The notes: generated from the letters alone by a model not told the origin. A stretch of DNA of 64,000 nt from the human T2T-CHM13v2.0 reference genome, Homo sapiens (GCF_009914755.1 NC_060940.1); one strand, 5' to 3'; shown: positions 40,040 through 54,769, counted from the stretch's first letter. A program made the numbers and translations.

Positions 40040-41556
40040 TAAAGTTCCCTTGCAGCTTGCCTTTTTCCACCCTATCCGACGATGCTCATGTGTTGGAGAT
40101 CTCTCCGTTGATTCCTGAATATCTAGTTCATTTCTTTTGATTACTGTGGAGTCACTCCCTGTTTGCCATCTTGTTCCATCTGAGTGCGAGGCCTGAATGG
40201 GGGACAGACTCACCCCCTGTCACACAGAAGGACGTGGGGCCCACAGTCACACGGCCGCAAGGTGGGTCTGGTACCCTCCCAGCACATTTTGGTTGGACTC
40301 CAGAAGCAGGGCTTCCCTCACGATACCTCAAGCTTACCTGGGCCCCGGCCAAGCAACTGACTCATCCAGTCTGACAAATCCAAATTCTCGAGTCACCCAG
40401 CCCAACCGTGGTTGCCTCATTTAGATCCCAGCCAAACCCCCTTCCCGCGAAAAGCCATGGTGGCCTAGAACGAAGTCTGGAAAAGAACCAAGAGGACAGC
40501 ATCTTTTGTCTGGAGAGCACCGTGCCTGTTCTCCAACCACCTCGTAGCCCCTGGTGGAGCCTCCCTCCTCCCCCAGGAAGAAGGTGAGCTGAGTCACCAC
40601 CAGGTAACCCTGAACCTCGCTCAGACACAGCTTCCTTTAGCTAGGAGCCTGGATGTAACACCCAGCTCATCCCTTGGCTCCCTCCAAACGTCAAGGCGTC
40701 TTGAACTAAAAGCCAGCGCCTGCACACCGGCAGAACTTTGCAGCTCCTGGCTCCTGAGTTGTAGGTGTTTTTGCCAGGTGTGCCTGTACGTGTGTATGTG
40801 TGCCCATGGGTGGACAGTGTTTCTGTGCTCCTTGGAGTAGGCTTATTTTTCTGTCTCTTAAACTGGCTCCCTTGGCCTCTGCCCCTTTCAGGGGTTCCAT
40901 GCGGAACCCTCTGACCTGTGAGGTGCTAGGCTTGTCACAGCATCTATTAGGAGACCTGAAAGACAGGACCCTGTAATGCCACGATCCATTGCTTATAAAG
41001 GAAGCCAGTATTGGGGTCAGACAGAGCTGGATTCTCTCAATTGCTCAGCAAGTGTTTATTGAGCACCTCCTCTGTAGTGGGCTCTGGGGGTAACATGGCA
41101 CATGAAACAGAGATGGTGTCTGTCCCACTGGAGCTTAGAGGGGCAGAGACTGTCTACAAGTGACAGAGAGATACAGAGAGAATTATAAGTCTGAGTTCTT
41201 CAGCCAGCCTGGCTCTGCTATGTCCTAGACAGGTGACCTTGGGTGAGTTAACTAAGTCATCTGTAACGTGTTAGCCACAACCTACTAAGCTCGTGGGGTT
41301 ATCTGGAAGTCTTGGTGAGACAGTGTCTGCGAAATGCTTATCGCCAAGCCAGGCACGTCATCATTGCCCAAGGTATGGCAGCTGCAGCCATCACGGCCCT
41401 CATTTTGCAGATGCCGAAATTGAGGTCAGAGAGGTGAAGTAACTTGCCCACGGTGGCACAGCTCATTAGTGGGTTTGGCGGCACAGGCCCTGCTCAGAGC
41501 CACCCAGCGACTCAGCTGTCAGTCACAAGTGAGGCTGTTCCTATTCTTGACAGTAA

Positions 41557-41918
<362 letters not shown>

Positions 41919-41921
41919 TAA

Positions 41922-42249
41922 ATTATTCATTTATTTTTTATTTTTATTTTATTTGTTTATTTTTTCTTGAGACGGAGTCTTGCTCAGCCACCCAGGCTGG
42001 AGTGCAGTGGCACAATCTCGGCTCCCCATAACCACCATCTCCCAGGTTGAAGCGATTCTCATGTCTCAGCCTCCCAAGTAGCTGGGGTTACAGGCACCCG
42101 CCATTATGCCTGGCTAATTTTTGTGTTTCAGTAGAGACAGGGTTTCACCATGTTGGCCAGGCTGGTCTTAAACTCCTGACCTCAGGTGATCCGTGCATCT
42201 CGGCCTCCCACAGTGCTGGGATTACAAGCATGAGCCACTGCCTCTGGCC
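41922..42249 (-). mobile_element. Alu (AluSx-like)
   Basis: TSD cctatttttatttctttaa (41903-41921) / cctatttttatttccttaa (42250-42268). Confidence 0.96.
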
Positions 42250-42269
42250 CCTATTTTTATTTCCTTAAT

Positions 42270-42960
42270 TTTTTTTTTATTATGGTCAAATACATATAAC
42301 GTAAGGTTTACCATTTTAAATCTTAAAAAACATTTTTTTTAAGAGACAGAGTATGGCTATGTTGCCCAGGAACTCCTGGGCTCAAATGGTTCTCCTCCGT
42401 CAGCCTCTCAAGTAGCTGGGAGTACAGATGTGTGCCACTGGCCTAGCCAATCATTTTTAAATGTTAAAGTTCGTTGAGTACATTCATATTGTCATGCGAC
42501 CATCCACCATCATCCATCTCCAGAACACTGTCATCTTCTCAAACTGAAACTCCGTCCTCATTAAATGATAGCTCCACATTCTGCCTACTCCCGACCCCTG
42601 GCAATCACTTTTCTGCTTTCTGTGTGTATGCATTTGACTCCTCTAGGAACCTCGTATGAGTGGAATCAGAAGATTTGTCTTTTTGTGACTGGCTTATTTT
42701 ACTTAGCGTAATGCTCTCAAGGTTCACCCATATTGTAGCATGTATCAGAATCCTTTTTTTTGTTTAAAGGTTGACTAATAATACGTGTGTGTGTGTGTGT
42801 GTGTGTGTCTGTGTGTGTGTGTGTTCGTCCATTCAGTTTGTCCGTTTGCATTTCAGTTGCTTCTGCGTTTTGGCTTTGAGAATAGTGCTGCTGTGAACAT
42901 TGGTATATAAGTATCTTTTTGCATCCCTGCTTTCAGTTTGTTTGGGTCTATACCTAGGTG
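42270..42960 (-). mobile_element. L1M (L1MB-like) 3' fragment containing an Alu monomer (42333-42448) and (GT)n (42785-42824)
   Basis: ccatcatccatctccagaac...tttgactcctctaggaacctcgtatgagtggaatc...gactggcttattttacttagc. Confidence 0.85.
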
Positions 42961-43019
42961 CAGAGAGCATTTTCTCGTCAGGAGTAAAACAAAAGGGACA
43001 AAAGAAAGCTCCTGACTTC

Positions 43020-43531
43020 CAGGAATTCTCAACCTTGGGTCCTTGGATAGAATTCAAGTGATCTGTGAACTTGGATGTGGCATTTTAAAAAAGACATCTT
43101 TATGGTCACCAACCTGTAACTGAAATTTAGCATTTGTTTCCATGACGGCTGTAGGCAGTACCAATCACAGTGGTGTTAGCAGTGCCTGTGACTTAGTCAT
43201 CAATAGAAATCGCGGGTGTTTGCATATTTCATTCCTGTTGTTGTGGATATCTTGGAATATCATTACATTCATCAGTACCCCAAAGTTACAGTAGTTATCA
43301 GGCCCACAGCTAGGTCTTGTTATACGATGGATTAATAAAGAGGGGATCTGTTACTCCATTGGAAATTTTAAGGGATATTTTGATAGCTGTTTTTCATTAT
43401 GATCAGCTTCCTTTCCTTTGCAGTTTCCTATTTATTTTATACTTTTAAGAAGATTACTCTAAGAAGGGGCCCAGAGGCTTCACCAGACTACCAAGGGGTC
43501 CAAGGCACAAAAAAGCTTAGGAAGCCCACTC
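43020..43531 (+). mobile_element. Charlie4a-like hAT DNA transposon
   Basis: caggaattctcaacc...taactgaaatttagcattt...gttagcagtgcctgtgac...aaggggtccaaggcacaaaaaagcttagga. Confidence 0.75.
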
Positions 43532-44254
43532 TTGCCTTGCAGAGGTGCCCCCGGGAGGGGTCACAGTGAAGGCCCCAGCCCGCCAGAGGAGCAGGTTTGC
43601 GTTTGGTTTCTGGGCAGCTCTGTGGAAGGCAACCCAACTTCCTTTGGAAGGGCCCTGAGCCTCTCTCTACCCACTCCAATATAAGAAGAGAAATTTTGCT
43701 TTATAATGAGCAGGAATCTTCTCTCAGTTCCTTGGATGGCTTTGGACATGTTTTGAGTTTGTTTGGATTCCCAGGAGTGAGCACACAGGGCGTGAGCTTT
43801 GCAGTTTGGGGCCTGGTTTCTGAAGAAGTTGCAAACAGGGTGATGGTGCAGTTCAGACAACACGCGCGGGCCAGGCAGGCCTGGACCTGAAAGGAATGTG
43901 TTTTCTTGGTTTTTGTCTGCTACAGAATTTCTCAGCTCTCCAGCTCGTTGGCTCAAAGTGTGTCAGGAAAGGGGGTGCTGGGTAACAAGACGATGGTGGA
44001 GAGTGAGGTTTGCAGACACACCCTGGCTTGGCCGGGAGCCCACGGTGGGGGAGGTTGGCTGAGTGTGTAAGAGCCTTTGGGTTCACAGCCTGCATGCCAG
44101 AAATATCATTTATCGTCAGTAATAATGATAATGCCTGATGGACGGGTAAAGGAATAGCTAGATACCAGAAAAAAACACCAACAGGGACACGTTCATTGTA
44201 GAATCTAGGTGGTGGGTGTAAGGGTATTCATCCATTCTTTTCTTCTTCTTTCTT

Positions 44255-44925
44255 TTTATTGAAGTATTACTTACTTTCAAAAGTACACAACCAAATGAAC
44301 AGCTCCATGAATTATCCCATCTCATGGACCTACCACCAGGCTATCAGTTGGATTTTGTTTCTACCATGGAAGCATCCTCAGACTTTTCCCAGAGACCACC
44401 CTTCATCCTCCTCCCCCGCGATAACTCTCCTGACCACAGTGTCTGTGTTTATTTAGTTTTTTTAGAAGCTTCAACTTTACAGAAAGCAAATCAATGCGTG
44501 TTCTTTTATGTCTGGCCTCTTTGGCTCCACATGTGTTTGTGAGCTTCATCTACATTCTGTTTAGAGCTGAAGGTTATTTATTTTTGTTGCTGGATCACAT
44601 TTTATCCTAAAAATATCCCATTCTACTGACGGTGGGCATTCACGTTGTTGCCTTCTTAGGCTTTTATGAATAATACTGCTAGGAAGTCTCTTGCGTATGC
44701 CTTTTTGGGAATGTGTGCATGAAATTCTGTTGGCTTATAGTTAGGCATGAGTTGCCATTCGCTGGTATTGCATAGGTTCACCTTTTGTAGAGAAAACCAA
44801 CCTGTTTTCCAAAGTGGTTGTACCAGTTTACATTCCCAGGAGCAGTATGGGTGATTTCTGGTTGCTTCATATCTATGCCAACTTGTTATTGTCAGTCTTT
44901 TAAATTTTAGCCATTTTGGTGGGTA
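44255..44925 (-). mobile_element. old L1M fragment
   Basis: ctgttttccaaagtggttgtaccagtttacattcccaggagcagtatg...gtcttttaaattttagccatt. Confidence 0.8.
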
Positions 44926-46288
44926 TATAACAGTATTCAACTTTTCTTTAAGTCTGAAATTTTTCATAATAAAATGTTGGAGAAAAATATCCTTCACATT
45001 CATGACAACTTCATAGAAAAATAGTATTTTTAAGGAGATGGTTGAAATTGGCGCTTGTCTGGTCTTGGAGTGAAGACTTTTTTTTTTCATTCTAAACAAT
45101 GCCAAGGCTGGCCCTTCCTCCTATGACCCTGTGGCTCCCCAGTCCACCATTGGTCTCATGCTGAATGCTGGATACATTTTTAAAAGCTGGGTGTAGCCAG
45201 AGACAGGGGCCCGGAGTGAGGTTGGGAGTACCTTGAAGCTGTGCTCATGCATTGAATTGATATGACCAGAGGTGGAGCGTGGAGCTGGTTCCTGGCCTGG
45301 TAGAAGTTCTTACACTTTTTGCTGGTCCCAGAGAGATGTACTTTTGAGTCAGCCTGGGAAATTAAAATAGTTCATTGAGTTTTGGCTAATTCTGGTAACT
45401 ATTCCTAGAATCCTCCTGGTCATTGGTTTGAGGTCACAGCTACCTGCTTGCTGGGGCTTCCCTCTCTGACTTAGCACAAATGATGCCCAAGTCTTGAGCT
45501 TCTTCCTCATGTTGTTAACTGCTCAGCTGAGTTATTTCAATGGCATGAAAGAAACATAGAATTAAGGTCATAGAGCATGGTCCTAATTCATGCCTGCTCG
45601 CCCTGCTTTACTGCCATCATCATCTATCTCCTTGCTTTCACTCAACAAATATTTGGTGAGCGCGATTTTTTTGTTAGGCACTCACCCATGCTCCCTCCCT
45701 TCCTTTCTCCTCTCCTTCAGTTTGTTTGCCTACCAGTCCATGCACCCACCCGTCCATCCACCCACCCATCCCTCCATCTATCCGCCCATCCCTTTATCCC
45801 TTCATCCATCACTTACTGATGGCTTTACCCATTGTAAATCAGGCCTTGGCTAGATACAGATGAATGAGCTGTGGTCCTTGCCTTTGAAGTATTCCCCCAT
45901 ACTGTGACAAATGATTAAATAGTTATTCATAATGCAGCATGACACGGATATAAGGGGGGAAGAAGAGAGAGGTCTCTAGGGCAGGTTGGGAGGATGAAGA
46001 AAAGCTTTCTGGAGGTCACAATGCTATTGCTGCATCTTGAGAATATCTTGGGATGGGCCCGTGAGGGAGGGTAAAGAGAGAGATTGGGGGCACATGGTTT
46101 CTCAGATGGTACATGATACAGAGGGTAGCCATGCTTGGGACACTCAGTGAGCCCCGAGTCACCGAGTGTGGGTGGGCAGAGTGTGAGGGGCTGGGTGACA
46201 TAGATGGCTCTGGATCTGTCAGCAGTTTGGTTGGGGCTTGTTGGTCTTCGAGGAGATGGGCTGTGAAACTGTGGGGCAGTGAGATCTG

Positions 46289-46759
46289 TGTGGTGGACAG
46301 ACTCATGGGCCCCCAAAGATGCCCATGTCCTACTCCCCAGAAATGGAATATGCTGCCTGCAGGATGAAGAGGATTCCGCAGAGGAGACTGGGTTGAGGAG
46401 CTTGGGATGGGGAGGTTACCCTGGATTATCCAGGGGGGCCAGTGTCATCACAGGGGTCCCTACCAGGGACAGAGGGAGGTGGGAGAGTCTGAGTCTGAGG
46501 AGGAGATGTGCGGAGGCAGAGAGCCGCCTTGCAATTCCCGGCTTTAAGATGGAGGAAGGAGCCACCAGCCAAGGAATGCAGGCAGCCTTGGAGAACGGGC
46601 AAGGATACTCCTTCTCCTCTGGAGGCTCCAGAAGGAGCCAGCCCTGCCCACACCTTGATTTTAGCCTTGTGAGGCCGTGTTGGGCTCTGACCTCAAGAAC
46701 TGTAAGAGAAGAAGCCATTGCGTGTGTGGCCATTTGAGCAGCCATAGGAACCTTATACA
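46289..46759 (+). mobile_element. MaLR solo LTR (MLT1D-like)
   Basis: TG...CA ends; ggcccccaaagatgcccatgtcct, gccaaggaatgcaggcagcc, gcagccataggaaccttataca. Confidence 0.85.
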
Positions 46760-47300
46760 TGGGCAGGTGCAGGGACATCTGAAAACCTTTGTACGAGGGT
46801 CCGCATTAACAGTGAGAGGATAGGGTTTTTGGCTGGGGACAGTAAGACCATCATCACTGCGTGAAAACCTTCTCAAAGAGTCCATCTTTCAGTCAGGCCG
46901 CTATAAATTTATCTCTATAGATCATTCGTTGTTAAAATTAAGCCCAGGGGGAAAATCAGACTCATTCAGGATCAAGGAAAGTCACAGAATCTGATCCATT
47001 CCTACCAGGGTCCCACGTCTTATGAGGCTCCAGCCTTCTTACTAGAGGATTCTGATACTTTATTACCCCAGGCGAATGTGATTTGAGTAGAGTCCTGCTT
47101 TTGGGGGAAATAAAATCCCAGTAAAGGTGGATCCGGATCCCTCAGGGACCTAGGTGCAGTTCCTGTTCCTCCCGTCTCGCCTCTGTTGCGCTGCAAGGTG
47201 GGGTGTGTAGTGAGTATCACTGTAACCTGTACTTTTCTAAAGTCAAACAGATTTCTCTTGGTGGGAGGACGTGTCTTTTGTGGGATCGGTGTAGCCCGTC

Positions 47301-47450
47301 TGAGTCAGTGACTCACCTGGCACCCCTGGCAGCTGACTTTCCTGGCAGTTCACTCGAGTCTCTTGCCTCTGCTCACAAAAGCCTGCGCCTTTATTCAGCT
47401 TTCCTCACCGCTTCCCAAGGCAGAGCAGAGCCTCTCCCGCCCGCCTCCCA
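47301..47450. promoter_or_regulatory. candidate enhancer: double AP-1 site, E-boxes, GC box
   Basis: TGAGTCAgTGACTCA (47301-47315), CACCTG, CAGCTG, cccgcccgcc in non-repeat DNA. Confidence 0.45.
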
Positions 47451-47797
47451 CATCTCTCCCTTAGCTGGGTGCCCGCGTGGCTGCTACCTCCGAGGCTTCT
47501 GTGTCACCGGGTAGTGGAAATGTCACCGAGTATCAGAGCTTCGAGCCTCCTCCAGATCCATCCAAGGTGGCATCACTAAGTGGCATTTGTGTGCTAGGCA
47601 CGTACCCTCTTTTACATACATTATCTTCGATCAGTTCAGCTTCTTCTGCATAAAAAAGAAATTTCTCTACCGTCCCAGGGAGAATAATTGGAAAAGCGAG
47701 CCCTGAGTACTCAGCCCACCCGCCCTTCTCCTGCTGAACTGTCGAACGTAGCCACCAGCTAGCCTGAGCTTGTTCTGATGTCTTCTGGGATCGTCAT

Positions 47798-48271
47798 TGT
47801 TATGGGTTGAACTGTAGCCTTCAAAAGGCACGTTTACGCTGTAGTCTCTGTACCTGTGAGCATGACCTTCTTTGGAAATAGGGACTTTGCAGATGCGACC
47901 AAGTTAAGATCATGCTGGAGGTCATGCGGGAGGTCATGCTGGAGGAGAGTGGGCCCAAATCCAGTGACTGTGTCCGTAAAAGATGAGGGAAACTTAGACA
48001 CAGAGAGACACACAGGGACGAGCACCGTGTGACAGCAGAGACAGATTCAGCTGCTAGCCAAGGAATGCCAAGGATTTTGGCAGCCCCAGAAGCCCCAGAA
48101 GCTGAGAGAGGTGTGGAGCAGATCCTGCCTCAGAGCCTCCGGAGGAAATCAACCCTGTTGACATCTTGACTTAGGACTCTCAGCCTCCAGAACTTTAAGA
48201 AAGCACATTGCTGATATGCAGGCCACCTGGTTTATGGTCTGTTGTTCAGGAGGCCCTTGGGACATCAATGC
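47798..48271 (+). mobile_element. MaLR solo LTR (MLT1C-like)
   Basis: tgttatgggttgaactg...gaccttctttggaaatagggactttgcagatg...gccaaggaatgccaaggatt...cagcctccagaac. Confidence 0.85.
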
Positions 48272-49719
48272 CCTCAGTCCAGTCTCGATTCTACGACCCT
48301 ACCCGTGTTTTGTTTTTCACACCAGGCCGTCTCTACCCGCATGGTTAGTGCTGACCAAGTAGGAAGTTGGGACACTTGAGGCATCTCTGTGACGTGCTCA
48401 CATGGCTTGAGGAGGCTCGGGCCACACCTCGAGGGGCAAGCCTGGGCCTGCCGCCCGACCTTTGCTTGGAGAACTGGGTTCACTGGGTTTAAGAATCATT
48501 CCTTTTCCTTCCAAGTTAACTGCTTTCAAGAGGTCAACCCGTGTGTCATGGCTTTTCCCAGACTGGCTGATTCAAATCATGTCACCACCAGGAAGGGGGA
48601 AACAGAAGATGATTGACTAAGAAACATTCATTTCTGTTGCAAATTACTAGTTGGGGCTAGTTGTTGATTATCTCACCTCCATTGCTATTTGTATTTAGAA
48701 ATGGCTCATAAATTTGCTTACATGGGTTTGGTTTGTCTTCTAAATGAAATGATTGCACTGCACATACTTCTAAAACTGTCCTGCGATTTGATAGCTTCCA
48801 TTTCATGGCGCTTCTTCTGGATGTCAGGCACTAAGTCGGGCGCTTTATTCTGTAGTTCTCCTAGCAATCTGGTGAGCTCCACTCTACAGATAAGGAAATC
48901 GAGGCCAAGGACAGCTAAAGAAGCGAGGTGCGCAAGGTGCCCAGGTCCGAAGTGTTTCCGCTGCTTTCAGACTGCAGTCCCAGGGCTCAGGAGTCCATGC
49001 TTTCTGCGTATCTTCACGCTGGCCACGGATCACCTCATCATTAGATGTCGAAGTTGAACAAGTGGTGTTCACATTCGGACGTGTGTTAGGTAGAAGTGTG
49101 TGTGCACCTGCGTGTGCGTGTATGTTCCACACGCTGATGCAGGAGGTATACGCACAGATATAATTGTCTTTTAGAAGATTGACTATCACTAATTTTGAAA
49201 AATTTCCTGAATGACCTTTCCTGCCAGGCCAATACATTGAGCCCAACAGATAAATCCCTGAACTTATTCGCAGTCTCTAAGTACCTTTAGAATCCCGGGG
49301 GTCGCCCTGAGCCTTCCCAGGGACTAGCGCTGTTGCCCTCACTCAGTCTCGCCACCACAGGAGGCCTCGGCTTGCGCAGCAGCTGAGTCGGGAGAACCTT
49401 TCCCAGGTCCCGAGGCAGCGGGAGGCGAAGCCAGGAGACCCACCTGGTGCCAGGGAAGAGCTGTCACCTGGGCCTTTCCTCCAGGAGCCTCCAAGGAAGG
49501 TGGAGGTGTGACATCAGAGTGTTGGGATGTGGAGGGGTGTGACTCCCTGGGATGCAGCTCTGTGCCCTGACTCCAGTGTGCCATGCTTGGCTGATCTCTC
49601 AATGATTAACTGTGTGACCTTGGACACACCGTGTTGCCTCCTGCGCCTCTCTGCCCAGACAGCATGGCAAGTGAAAGCCTCCCTCCCTTACTGATGGTGT
49701 GATCTGGGCTGCCTCCTTG

Positions 49720-50130
49720 GACACGCCAAGCCTGCTGTGCCTCAAGGCCTTTGCCCTGACTGCTTCCTCTGCCTGGGATGCCTGTTGTCTAAACACCCAC
49801 ACCACACGCTCCCTCGCTTCCCTCCTGTCTCCTGTCAGAAGTCACCTCCTTGGGCTGTCCTTGATCATTCCATCCATCCAAAAAGTTGGCACCCACTCCC
49901 ACAATTTTTTATTTCTCGTTCCCTGACTTACGTTTTTTTCTCCTGAGCATATGTTATCATCTGACAGACCACGTGTTTCTTACTTATTTTGTTTATTATT
50001 CCATCCCACTAGAAAGGCAGGGGTTTGCCTGTTTTTTCCCCATGACTGTATCCCCAGCATTTAGAACAGGGCCTGGCACCTGCTAGATGCTCAGTACATA
50101 GTTTTGAGTGAGTGAACGAATGAATGAATC
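49720..50130 (+). mobile_element. L2 LINE 3' end
   Basis: ttcctctgcctgggatgcc...ctgtatccccagcatttagaacagggcctggcac...gaatgaatgaat. Confidence 0.85.
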
Positions 50131-50223
50131 ATCAGTCAGTCAAACTTTGCAGCACTCACTTTGTCCATTGGAATAAAGTTTGCCTGTTAAGTACATGGTA
50201 GCCACTCAGTACATGGTAGCTAA

Positions 50224-50628
<405 letters not shown>

Positions 50629-51149
50629 TGACCGGGGTGGAGTCCATGCAGGGCCGCAGGGAACACTAGTCAGAAGGAGGCAGTGAACCTCTCCTGCCCT
50701 TTCCTTCCATCTCCATCACCTTGAGCATCTTCTGGGCAGCTGAGGTGACCGCAGATGGGAAGGAAGGGCGCAGAGATGAGCATTTTCTTCTCTCCACCAT
50801 CTGGTTCCAGGCAGGGCAGGAGAGGGCCCCGTGAGAGCTACTGCTCACGGCTACCACGGCTGCCTGTGGGTCAGAGCATCTCCACGCTGGAGCTGGGCCA
50901 CACTGGTTCCTGCACCCGGGCAGCCTGTGGCCAGGCTGCGTTTCAAAGCCAGGACTTTCAGGAATGCACCCTTTTGACCACACAGCAAGGCCACACATAC
51001 CCAATAGCAGTGGACTCTGAGCTCTTTAAAATTGTGAATGTTGCCCAGTGGCCCTCAGTCAGGATTTGTTCCATTAAACCTCATTCACTGCCCTCATTTT
51101 ATGGGTTTGTTGACTGTTTGCATTTGCTCCGCAAGTTGTTTATATTCTT

Positions 51150-51740
51150 TGTGTGTTTTATTTTCAATTATGGCATGTGTCTTTAAAAAAAGATTGTAAG
51201 GGTTTCTTTTGAAATATAGAAAACTGTTCATCCTTTTTCAAATCATTTATGTAGCAGTTATTACTCTCCAACTTTTTTTGTTTTTCTAGTCTCTTGATTT
51301 TGTTTGAGGTATTTATTGATATATAGAAGTTATATATTTTTCTGTGGTCAGAGTTGAGTGTCTTAATTAGTGACTTCTTAATTAGTGTCTTCGTGGCTTA
51401 GAGAGTTCTTCCAAATTTTAAGATTGAGCAAACATTCCCCATAAAAAAAAAACAAAACTATAGAACTGTAAAATTAACCTAGAACTAAGCACCTACACCC
51501 AGGATAAATTTTTGGTATAAGGTGTGAGGCAGGGAATAATGCTATTCCTTCCCTCCAAATAGTTAATGGATTGTCTGTTATCATTCACTCAATAGTGTGC
51601 CCTTTTCCCATTGCTTTAAAATATTGCTATTATCAGATACTAAATTTTTCAAATATGTGCTAAGTTTCCTTTTAGGCTTTCTGTTAGTTACCACTGATAT
51701 ACTGTCCTTGCTCTGCCACTGTGCTGTTTTATTCCAGCTT
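51150..51740 (-). mobile_element. old L1M fragment
   Basis: AT-rich; tttttggtataaggtgtgaggcaggga...cccttttcccattgcttt. Confidence 0.55.
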
Positions 51741-51747
51741 CATAGTG

Positions 51748-52045
51748 TTTTGTTTGTTTGTTTTTTGAGACGGAGTCTTGCTCTGTCTCCCAGGCTGGAG
51801 TGCAGAGGCGTGATCTCGGCTCACTCTAAGCTCTGCCTCCCGGGTTCATGCCATTCTCCTGCCTCAGCCTCCTGAGTAGCTGGGACTCCAGGCACCTGCC
51901 ACCATGCCCAGCTAATTTTTTGTACTTTTAGTAGAGACGGGGTTTCACTGTGTTAGCCAGGATGGTCTCGATCTCCTGACCTAGTGATCTGCCTGCCTCA
52001 ACCTCCCAAAGTGCTGGCATTACAGGTGTGAGCCACCACGTGGCC
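51748..52045 (-). mobile_element. Alu (AluY-like)
   Basis: gggttcatgccattctcc, gtgttagccaggatggtctcgatctcc. Confidence 0.96.
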
Positions 52046-54048
52046 CATAATTTTTTTAAAATTGAGCCCTCTCCTTTTAAAGATGAAGGAACTGAGGCAC
52101 CAGAGAGGTCAAGCAACCTGCCCAAGGTCACACAGCCAAATGCTGTCTGAGAATCTCACATGCATAAAATTCCAGTGTATTTAACCTTCTCGTGGGCTGT
52201 GTCTCATGATGCTTCCCTGTGCTTCTTTCCTGTCACTTCTGCTCATGGTATAGCACTGGAATGCTTTTTTTTTTTTTTTTTAAACAGCTGTTGTACGTTC
52301 TTTCTCTAAGTGGAGCTAGTCAGAAAAAGCTGCATGAAGCTACTAGCAAGAATGAGATCAGACACGTGAATTTTGTAGTACTGTGCCTGGCATAGAAAAA
52401 GCCCTTAATCTATTAGTAATAATACAATTATTATTATTTCCATTGATGTTGACTTTTTGTAAGGTACGTCCTCATTTGAAGCATCAGTCAGTTTGGTGAT
52501 CAGTTGCCCTTGAGTGTTCAGACACTCGTTTACAGATGTTGGACCCTGTTACCCACCTTCCCCTCCCACCATAAATTACCGAGGTCACCCCAGACTCTGA
52601 ACTGGCTGACAAGCTGTTACAGTGATAGAAAGTTTTGCACTTGAGCATTCCCACAAGCTCCTAGGACTCCAGGTCAGTTTACATGTTCCAGGTTTTTGAG
52701 AAAATTGTCCACGCTGACTTCAAGGCGAGAGCATCTTGGATCTCCTCCCAGAGAGAGTCGTGTCACCTGAGGGCCCAGGGAACCTCGGTGACAAGGGACC
52801 TCTTGTCTGCTGTGTGCTGTGGGCTGATGTGATCCCTGTTTGCAGTGTAAACTCATAAGCAGGGACCCGAAGCATCCCCCGACCCCTGGCTTTGCAGAGC
52901 AGCCATAACCAGCCAGTATGAAGATTAATTTCCCTGTAAAACCTTTGAAATCAGGTAAGTGTTAATTATTAAAATTTCACGAGGAGAGGCTTGTTTGGTG
53001 TGAAGGCTTCCAGCTTGCTGAGGGTGACCTGGAACTTGTTGTGAGGATGACCAAAGATACTTGGGAGTGCTCCTTGCCTTGCTGTGGCAATTGGAAGTCT
53101 TCATCTTACCTTGCGCCATGCAGGGAGGGTGTGCCCTGGATGGACCCAGTGTGGCCTGTGTGCTTGCTATTCGGTACCTCTCTCACCTGTCATTAACTCG
53201 GGGGCATTATAAATTGATCGTCAGGATAAGAATATTCTCTTATAGTTCATCTTTTTAAAAAAATGGTGATAAGATACACAGAACATAATGCCCTGTCCTA
53301 ACCATTTTTAAGTGTGCAGATCAATAGTGTTAAGTATATTCACATTGTAGCACAACCCGTCTCCGGAACCTTCTTTCTATAAATGCAGAATTAGGGTTGG
53401 CTACCTCAGGTGGACACCTGGTTCATGACCTTTGATGAAGTGGGTAGAACTTATTTAGAGCAGGAGGCCGAGGGACAACAGCACCAGCCTTTGTGGTAGG
53501 TGTTAATACCTCTCATTTTTCAGATGAGGAAACTGAGGCACTGCTTGTCTTTTTTTTTTCCAGTAAAATGTTGTTATAGAAACATACGTGCGTCACATAC
53601 ATCCGGAAGCATGCACACGTACAGCTCAGTGAATTTTTGCCAACTCAGCACGCACGTGTAACCAGCGCCCAAATCAAGAGACAACATACTGAGCAGTACC
53701 CCACCCCCTGCCCTGCACCTCCCGCCAGCCGTTGCTCTCCCCAGGGGTAACTGCTCTCCTGGCTTGTATCAGTGTCTAATGGTTTTGCCCGCTTGTGAAC
53801 TCCACATCTGTGCAGTTGTTTGGCATGTATGATTTTGTCTGGCATTTTTCCCATGACATATTAGTGTGACTTTAAGAGTAAGTTGCTGGAAACTTCAGGA
53901 CCAGTCATGGCAGAACTGGGCTACAGACTCAGAGCAGGGTCCCCCCTGCTCACCGTCCTGGCCGTCACAATGTTCACGTGTGAGCCTGCCTTGGCCTGGA
54001 GTGTCGGGGCATCCTGAGAAATAAAGTTGGATAGAAACGCCCCATATA

Positions 54049-54553
<505 letters not shown>

Positions 54554-54769
54554 TTAGCCATGAGGATTTCAGGAGCCTCCCGCTTTGAGCAGGGAAACAC
54601 CCTGTGGTATGAAGTGGCAGCAAGAGATTGGGGTGGTGGGGGCTGCATGCGTGGGGTGCAGGGCAAGGGTCAGCTGAAGGTGTCGGGGAACTCACAGAGG
54701 GTGGAGAGAGCCCTGGGTGCAGAGTCTTGGCCGTCAGGCCGAGGCGGGTGGGAAGAGACCCGGCATTCC

